Assembly (NCBI GenBank): GCA_965261595.1
Contig: CBDHDG010000006.1
Span: 1,472,001-1,536,000, forward strand
Direction: 5' to 3'
Length of the DNA: 64,000 nucleotides
Source: a bacterium
GTDB taxonomy: Bacteria; UBA8248; JACPRG01; G963555815
Shown: positions 56,872 to 64,000 of the stretch, one piece after another
Numbering within the stretch: position 1 is the stretch's first letter
Layout: each line of letters begins with the position of its first letter
Notes under the pieces: generated by a model
Told to the model about the DNA's origin: nothing
The model's database searches: none
The model's input: the letters and a program-made list of their open reading frames with translations, nothing else
Translations under genes and position numbers: made by a program

Positions 56872-58856
56872 GTGCCTGACCACAACTACTTCGCCAACCT
56901 GATCTGGCAGATCGCCGATCTGCTGCGCGGCCCCTATCGGCCGCCCCAGTACGAGCGCGTCATGCTGCCCATGACCGTATTGCGGCGCTTCGACTGCGTG
57001 CTAGGGCCGACGAAAGCCGATGTCCTGGCCGAATACGAGAGGCGTGGAAGCAGGCTCGTCGGCGAAGCCTTAGACTCACGACTGAACAGGGCCGCGGACC
57101 AGCGCTTTCACAACCGCTCGTCCCTTGACTTCGAGAAGTTGAAAGGCGATCCTGACAACGTCGACAAGCATCTCGTCAATTATATCGTGGGCTTTTCGAA
57201 CAACGTCCGCGATATCTTCGAGTTCTTCGAGTTCGAGAACGAGATCGAGCGGATGCGCGAGGCGAACATCCTCTACCTCGTGGTCTCGAAGTTCGCCGAT
57301 GTCGACCTGCACCCCGATACGGTCCCTAACGAGCAGATGGGGCTCATCTTCGAGAACCTGATCCGCCGCTTCAACGAGCTGGCCAACGAGACCGCCGGCG
57401 ACCATTTCACGCCGCGCGAGGTCATCCGCCTGATGGTGAGCATCCTGTTCATCGAAGATGATGAACTGCTCGCCACGCCCGGCGCCGTCCGCAAGCTGCT
57501 CGATCCGGCCTGCGGCACCGGCGGCATGCTGGCGGAGGCGCAGAACTATTTGCGCGATCACCACGGCGAGGCGAGGTTGTTCGTCTACGGCCAGGACTAC
57601 AACAAGCGCGCCTTCGCCACCGCCGCCTCCGACATGCTGATGAAGCAGGTGGATCACAACGGCGGCGGCAATAACGTCCGGTACGGCGACAGCTTCACGG
57701 AGGACAGGTTCGACGATCAGACCTTCGACTACTTCCTCACCAATCCGCCCTTCGGCGTGGACTGGAAGAAGCAGCAAAAGGAGATCAAGCAGGATCACGA
57801 CAAGCGCGGCTACGACGGCCCCTTCAGCGCCGGGCTGCCCCGCGTAAACGACGGCTCGCTGCTCTTCCTGCAGCACATGTGGCACAAGCGGGGGCCCGTG
57901 CGGCCGGCGGAACACAAGCACGGCTCGCGGCTCGCCATCGTCTTCAGCGGCTCGCCTCTCTTTACCGGCGGCGCGGGCTCGGGCGAGAGCAACATCCGCA
58001 AGTGGATCATCGAGAGCGACTGGCTCGAGGCCATCGTCGCCCTGTCTGAGCAGATGTTCTACAACACCGGCATCGGCACCTACGTTTGGATCCTTACTAA
58101 CCGCAAGGAGAAGCGGCGCAAGGGCAAAATCCAGCTCCTGGATGCGCGTAACGTGTGGACCGCAGGGGGAACGAGGACAACAGGCGCAGCTTGGGCGACA
58201 AGCGCCGGCACCTCTCCAGAGAGCAGATCGAGGAGATCGTGCGCCTGTACGGCCGCTTCGAGGAGAACGACCGCTCGAAGCTCTTCGACAACGCCGACTT
58301 CGGCTACACACGCGTCACCGTCGAGCGGCCCTTGCGCCTGCGCTACCGGATGACCCTGGAAGACAAGGCCCGTTTCCTCGATGCGTGTCCGCACCTGCTC
58401 GATGACGTGCAGGCCATCGACGAGACACTGGGACGCGAACCCATCTGCGACTGGAACGCCATGTGGCACCGCATCGAGGATTTGCTCCACGCACGCGGAT
58501 CCCGCTGGAAGGCGGCCGAGCGTAACCTTTTCCGCAGCGTCTTCACACAGAAGGATTCCGAAGCCGAGCCGGTCGCAAAGGGTCCGAGCGTCGAGGAGTA
58601 CGAACCCGACACCGACCTGCGCGACTTCGAGAACGTGTCGCTCAAGGACGACATCGACGCCTATTTCGAACGCGAGGTGCATCCCCACGTGCCCGACGCC
58701 TGGATGGACCGCAGCAAGGACAAGGTCGGCTACGAGATCAACTTCAACCGGCACTTCTACAAGTACACGCCGCCGCGGCCTCTGGAGGAGATCGATGCGG
58801 AGTTGAAGCAGGCCGAGGAAGAGATCATACGCCTGCTGCGGGAGGTGACGGAGTGA
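56872..58856 (+). CDS. hsdM: Type I R-M methyltransferase subunit (frameshift at G run near 58166)
   Basis: IWQIADLLRG, AGDHFTPREV, DPACGTGGM, NPPFG, FYNTGI, KVGYEINFNRHFY. Confidence 0.92.
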
Positions 58857-60082
58857 GGCCCGTGGCTGAGCAACTGGCACCAATATCTCCGGATGGCTGG
58901 GGGACGACGCAGCTCAGATATGCGTCAACTTGCCTTGATGGACGTCGGGTGCCGCTCAACGCGAACAGCGATCACGGCGGCAGGGAGAGTACCCGTATTG
59001 GGGTGCCAACGGAGTTGTTGATTCTATTGATGAATATCTTTTCGATGAACCGCTGGTCCTAATCGGAGAAGATGGTGCACCGTTTTTTGATTCGAACAGA
59101 CCGGTTGCCTTCTCGTAACCGAAAAGGTCTGGGTCAATAACCACATTCACGTCTTGAAGATCGGACGAAACTTCGACTCACGCTTTGTGACCAATTGTCT
59201 TATGTGACGGACTACGGTCCGCATATCGAGGGCAGCACCAGGGACAAGCTGACACAGGAAAAAATGGGAAGCATTAGGCTTCCGTCCCCGCCTCTGCCCC
59301 AGCAACGTGCCATCGCCGACTACCTCGACCGCGAGACGGCGCGGCTGGATGCGTTGGTGGCGGCGAAGGAGCGGGTACTCGCTCTATTGGCCGAGAAGCG
59401 CCGGGCGCTCATCACCAGAGCCGTCACCCGCGGCCTCGATCCCGACGTTCCGATGCGCGCCTCCGGCATCCCGTGGCTGGGAGAGATCCCGGCGCATTGG
59501 GAGACTGAACGCGCGCGATGGCTGTTCAGGGAGCGCGATGAACGCTCCGACACGGGAGAGGAGGAACTCCTCACGGTGTCGCACCTCACTGGCGTAACTC
59601 TTCGTTCAGAGAAGGCCGTCAACATGTTCGAGGCGGCCACGACAGAAGGATACAAAATCTGTCTCTCAGGCGATCTCGTAATCAACACACTGTGGGCATG
59701 GATGGGCGCGATGGGCGTGTCGCCGGTTGACGGTATCGTTAGTCCGGCCTACAACGTCTATGAGCCCGGAGCGCGTCTTGATCCGAGCTACATCGACGCC
59801 TTGGTGCGTTTGCCGGTCTTCGCTCAGGAGGTAACGCGATACTCAAAGGGTGTGTGGTCATCCCGGCTGCGCCTCTATCCGGAAGGCTTCTTCGCGGTCT
59901 CACTTCCTGTGCCCCCGCTCAGCGAGCAGCGCGAGATCGTTGCCTACATAGTGAAGGAGACTGGCAAGTTGGACGAGCTGCGTGCCGCGACGGAACGAAC
60001 CACGGTCTTACTCAAAGAGCGCCGCGTCGCCCTCACGGCTGCGGCCGTGACCGGGCAGATCGATGTGGGGAGCGCGACATGA
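58853..60082 (+). pseudogene. hsdS: Type I R-M specificity subunit with several frameshifts (near 58965, 59115, 59195)
   Basis: YPYWGANG, LIGEDGAPF, WVNNHIHV, PPLPQQRAIADYLD, SGIPWLGEIPAHW, AAVTGQIDV. Confidence 0.85.
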
Positions 60083-60155
60083 TCGTCACGGGCCTTAAAC
60101 TCGCCAACCTCCGCGCGACCGAGATATCCGAGTTTCGATTCCAGCCGGGATTCAG
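60079..60155 (+). pseudogene. N-terminal stub of an ABC/SMC-type ATPase gene
   Basis: MIVTGLKLANLRATEISEFRFQPGF, coupled to the hsdS stop; similarity is lost before Walker A. Confidence 0.5.
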
Positions 60156-60226
60156 GCTGAAAGCCATTCGCCTTGGCTCCGAAACGCTCGACATGAGTGC
60201 AGCTTCCAAAGCGGCGAAGAACAAGA

Positions 60227-62257
60227 ATGGCGTTCGAACCACGGAAGAGAACCGTAGCGACGACGGATGCGACAATGGCTGATATTGACAACCGAGTTCT
60301 CTTGCCCGGACGTACGGCGGACGAGCTTGTATTGACGGTTGCTGGGAATCTCGTCAAGCACCTCGGCGTGCAGATGTACGCGGGCCGGCCCGTCCCGGCA
60401 ATTGCGGAACTGATCTCAAACGCGTGGGACGCTGATGCAACGGAGGTTGACGTTCGTCTTCCGCTGGACGAAGGCTGGGATCCGGCCAACGAAGGTCAAT
60501 CCATCACGGTCTCAGACAACGGTAGTGGAATGACATGGGACATGGTGCGACACGCCTACCTGAACGTCGGCAGGGATCGACGAAAAACAGAGGGCAAGGA
60601 CAGGTCGCCGGCGGGCCGCCGCCTTCAGGGTCGAAAGGGCGTTGGAAAACTCGCGGGCTTCGGTATTGCCGACACGCTCGAAATACAGACCATCCACGAG
60701 GCGGAGGACCCAGATATAAAGAAACAGGTCCTCATTTGGTTCAGACTTGAGTTGTCTGACATTACGCAGATCGAGAGTGGGCCAGCGCCGGTACACGTAA
60801 TTTTTGCAGGACCAGTTAGTGAAGCTCGGCCCGAGGTCAGGAAGTCGAAGGGTACAACCGCCACTCTGCGCCATCTGCACGAACGTCGGGCGATTAACAG
60901 CGATCGTTTTCACGGCAGCATGGGCCGACGTTTCCTTCTTTTGAAGAACTTTCAAGTACAAATAAACGACCAGGAGCTACAGGAAGATGACGTGAATCTT
61001 CAACTACGAAAACCGGATAACGGTTGGAAGACGGACGAAGTTCAAGGATGTGGCCCCGTTGAATATTGGATCGGCTTCACGGAGCATCCGCGCCAGCAAA
61101 ATCAAGGAGAATCGAACGGCGTATTGGTCTACACCAGGGGGAAAATTTCCCAAGAGGAAACCTTCTTCGAGATTAGCGGAGGCGTCACGGGCCAACACGG
61201 CCTTCGATACCTTGTCGGCAAGGTACGGGCCGAATGGCTGGATGCGGGAGTAGATTCGCCGGATCACATCGCGACGCCAAGAGATTCAATCGCCTGGGAA
61301 AGCCCAGAGGGCACGGCCTTCAGAGATTGGGGGCAACGCCTCCTCAGAACGTGCCTGTCCGATTGGGCAAAGTTCCGATCATCTCTTCGAGAACGGCAGG
61401 TTAAGGAAATCGATTCGGATGTCTATAGACGTATCGAAAATCTAGCACCGACGTATAGGGACGCCGCGCTTCGGTTCGTGGAAAAGTTCAAGTCGGTCGA
61501 GATGGAGCCGTCGGAATTTCAAGACATTCTTTCCTGGTTCCTGGGCGCGCTCGAGAATGCAACGCTGCGAAGCATCCTTCAGAAACTTCGCGACACGGAC
61601 GTTGCGGATCTTCAACAACTTGACGACCTTCTCTCCAAGATGGAAGTGCGGATAGCAGTCACGCTCCTGCAGATCATCGAAGGTAATCTCACGGCCATCG
61701 AGACGTTGGAAAGAATGTACCATAAAGATGCAAAGGAACGAGGAGTCATTGCGAAACACTTGGAGAAAAACCCGTGGCTGATCGATCCGACATGGATGCT
61801 CAACAAGGCCGAGGGGCGCGTTGCAACGTGGATCGAAAGTGAATTCGGCCTCAAGAGGGAACTGCAGGCGGGAGACGATGATCGCGTCGACTTCTTTTGT
61901 GTCGCCGTGGGCGGGACACTGCACATCGTCGAAATCAAGCGTGGGGCTCATGTTGGCAAGGAAGAAGATATTCTCCAAGCGGAAAAATACCGTCGTTACG
62001 TTGAAGAGCGATTTCAGGAACTCACGGAACCGAACGCGATCAAGTATTCCCATGTGCAAGCTCACCTTATTGCATCCAAATTGCATGAGGATGCCCGGAA
62101 CTTGAAGCAGGCGTATGCAGACAAGGGATGGGTGTTCTTTGCTACTTGGGATGATCTGATCGAGCGTGCGAAGCAGAGCCACCATCAGTTTCGAGAAGCG
62201 CTCCAAAGGCGAGCACTCGAGAACGACCCCGATGGAACGACGGAAGGGGCTACATAG
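60227..62257 (+). CDS. GHKL (MORC/MutL-like) ATPase fused to C-terminal PD-(D/E)XK nuclease
   Basis: [32 protein letters not shown]5-like region; helical linker; DRVDF..IVEIKR; alternative start 60275. Confidence 0.85.
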   Translation: MAFEPRKRTVATTDATMADIDNRVLLPGRTADELVLTVAGNLVKHLGVQMYAGRPVPAIAELISNAWDADATEVDVRLPLDEGWDPANEGQSITVSDNGSGMTWDMVRHAYLNVGRDRRKTEGKDRSPAGRRLQGRKGVGKLAGFGIADTLEIQTIHEAEDPDIKKQVLIWFRLELSDITQIESGPAPVHVIFAGPVSEARPEVRKSKGTTATLRHLHERRAINSDRFHGSMGRRFLLLKNFQVQINDQELQEDDVNLQLRKPDNGWKTDEVQGCGPVEYWIGFTEHPRQQNQGESNGVLVYTRGKISQEETFFEISGGVTGQHGLRYLVGKVRAEWLDAGVDSPDHIATPRDSIAWESPEGTAFRDWGQRLLRTCLSDWAKFRSSLRERQVKEIDSDVYRRIENLAPTYRDAALRFVEKFKSVEMEPSEFQDILSWFLGALENATLRSILQKLRDTDVADLQQLDDLLSKMEVRIAVTLLQIIEGNLTAIETLERMYHKDAKERGVIAKHLEKNPWLIDPTWMLNKAEGRVATWIESEFGLKRELQAGDDDRVDFFCVAVGGTLHIVEIKRGAHVGKEEDILQAEKYRRYVEERFQELTEPNAIKYSHVQAHLIASKLHEDARNLKQAYADKGWVFFATWDDLIERAKQSHHQFREALQRRALENDPDGTTEGAT

Positions 62258-63360
62258 TGACCGACTTGAAGCCCATTGCAATTGACATTTTTGCCGGCTG
62301 CGGCGGCCTGACGACCGGTCTACGAGGTGCCGGGTTTCATGTCGCCGCAGCGGTGGAGATCGACCCCATTGCCGCAGAGTCGCACCGGCGCAATCATCGC
62401 CGCACGAAATTGATTGAGAAGGACATACGGGAAGTATCGGCCCGCGAGATTCTGCATGCCGTCGGTAGCAGCAACGTCTCGCTGCTGGCTGGATGCGCGC
62501 CCTGCCAGGGATTTTGTTCCCTCACGGCAAAATACAAAAGAGACGATCCACGCAATGAACTTGTCTTGGTAATGGCTGACCTGATTGAGGCGATTCAGCC
62601 CATGGCGGTCATGATGGAAAACGTCCCAGGCTTGGTAAATAGAGGAAGCGCGATATTCGAAAGATTCATCGATATGCTTCGGAGGAACGGATATCAAGAG
62701 GAGTGGCGGGTGGAGCAGATGGCGAACTTTGGTGTACCGCAATCTCGAAGACGATTGGTTCTCCTGGCTGGGCGAGGCTTCAAGATTAATCTCCCGGTGC
62801 CTTCGCGTGTCCGTTCCCCGAAGCAAGAAGTTGACCAGAGTCCTTGGGTGACCATACGGGAGGCGATTGGTCACATGGACAAGCCAGTGACCCTCAAGAC
62901 CGCGCTGCAGACCGGCGGGCCGTTGTCATATAACTGGCACGTAGTCCGTGACCTTCTGCCGAGGACGAAGGAGCGTTTACGCGCCGCCGAGCCTGGTAAG
63001 ACCTGGCGGACACTTGATGAATCGTTGCGGCCTCCCTGCCATCAAAATGGGTACAATGGCTTTACCAACGTGTACGGCAGAATGGCATGGGACCAAGCCT
63101 CCCCGACGATTACCGGTGGATGTACGACGCCGTGCAAGGGCAGATTTGGACATCCCGACAGTCGCAGATATACGATCTCCGTTAGGGAGGCTGCGCTGCT
63201 TCAAACCTTCCCGCAGAACTACCGGTTCATGACGGATCGAATGGACGCGGTGTGCGATATGATCGGAAACGCTGTTCCTCCGCTCTACGCGAAACTGGCT
63301 GCCAAACAGGTCTTGAACTCAATCAGGGGCCAGGGTGGCCGGAACTGCCTGACGGCATGA
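62257..63360 (+). CDS. dcm: DNA (cytosine-5)-methyltransferase
   Basis: [37 protein letters not shown]. Confidence 0.95.
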   Translation: MTDLKPIAIDIFAGCGGLTTGLRGAGFHVAAAVEIDPIAAESHRRNHRRTKLIEKDIREVSAREILHAVGSSNVSLLAGCAPCQGFCSLTAKYKRDDPRNELVLVMADLIEAIQPMAVMMENVPGLVNRGSAIFERFIDMLRRNGYQEEWRVEQMANFGVPQSRRRLVLLAGRGFKINLPVPSRVRSPKQEVDQSPWVTIREAIGHMDKPVTLKTALQTGGPLSYNWHVVRDLLPRTKERLRAAEPGKTWRTLDESLRPPCHQNGYNGFTNVYGRMAWDQASPTITGGCTTPCKGRFGHPDSRRYTISVREAALLQTFPQNYRFMTDRMDAVCDMIGNAVPPLYAKLAAKQVLNSIRGQGGRNCLTA

Positions 63361-63833
63361 GCCGATGGCCGGGTAACGCCCAAAAAGAACATACGACGTT
63401 CGGAGGGTTGCGGCGTGACCAGCTTATGTCTCGCGTACGTGGCACGGGGAACCAAACGACTGAGAGACGTCTAGCGTCCCTGCTTCGCCAAGCTCATCTG
63501 GCCGGATGGCGCAGACATCAACCTCTTCCCGGGAAGCCGGATTTCGCTTGGCGATCCGCCATGGTCGCCGTTTTCGTAGATGGTTGCTTTTGGCACGGTC
63601 ACGACTGCGGCAAGAACGTCACACCGAAGACGAACGCTCGGGCGTGGCAGGAGAAAATCGAGCGCAACCAAGCCCGGGACCGGCGAGTCTCTCGCAAGCT
63701 GCGTCAGGCGGGTTGGACGGTGATCCGAATCTGGGAGTGCCACCTCAGAAAGAACCCGAAACGGTGCCTAGCAAGAATCAAGAGGGCAGTAATCAACCAT
63801 AATAGTGGGCGTGGGAGAGATGTTCTGCCATGA
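63357..63833 (+). CDS. vsr: Very-short-patch repair endonuclease
   Basis: [40 protein letters not shown]. Confidence 0.93.
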   Translation: MSRWPGNAQKEHTTFGGLRRDQLMSRVRGTGNQTTERRLASLLRQAHLAGWRRHQPLPGKPDFAWRSAMVAVFVDGCFWHGHDCGKNVTPKTNARAWQEKIERNQARDRRVSRKLRQAGWTVIRIWECHLRKNPKRCLARIKRAVINHNSGRGRDVLP

Positions 63834-63870
63834 ATACAAGATGGTACCAATTTCGTCTCACCGGCCTCCC

Positions 63871-64000
63871 TGGAGTTGACCCGTTTTTGTGGACACCTTC
63901 AGACTGTGCGGAGGAGGGGTTCAGATGCCGAAAACTCATTCACCCTACGCGCCGGAGTACCGGCGCCAGATGGTTGAGCTGGTTCGCTCGGGCCGCACAC
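63871..64000 (+). mobile_element. Left end of an IS3-family element (orfA starts 63925, truncated by window)
   Basis: TGGAGTTGACCCGTTTTTGTGGACACC terminus; GGAGG RBS; MPKTHSPYAPEYRRQMVELVRSGR. Confidence 0.8.

Noticed and set aside
1..64000. CRISPR array, tRNA, rRNA, reverse transcriptase/retron
   Set aside because: No regularly spaced repeats, cloverleaf or rRNA-like tracts, or RT motifs seen by eye

Overview
GC-rich bacterial DNA, probably a long-read MAG contig: there are several single-base frameshifts and very long G/C runs. It has two halves. From 1 to about 37.6 kb it is a core/metabolic region: hydantoinase/oxoprolinase subunits, amidohydrolases, an NMT1/SsuA-type ABC transporter, GGT, isochorismatase, F420-type enzymes, an mhpD/dmpH-like pair, a GH20 hydrolase, a sahR-metF-metH methionine cluster with a palindromic operator, REP-like palindromes and one intact IS3. 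It also holds two genes that the ORF track splits at in-frame TGA codons; both read as selenoproteins (AhpD-like CxxU and DsbA-like UxxC), each with a SECIS-like hairpin. From about 37.6 to 64 kb it is a decayed mobile/defence region: IS3 and IS1380 debris, a MOBF relaxase (TrwC) plus coupling protein (TrwB/TraD) with a candidate nic site, and an unannotated 51-aa RecA-N-terminus-like ORF coupled to the relaxase stop codon. Further along are a broken MmeI-like gene interrupted by a fully delimited 2,810-bp IS1595-family transposon carrying an apparent methyltransferase + PD-(D/E)XK nuclease pair, a Type I hsdM-hsdS without hsdR, and an intact GHKL-ATPase/nuclease + Dcm + Vsr operon. No rRNA, tRNA or CRISPR array was seen. 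All family calls come from motifs read by eye, not from database searches.
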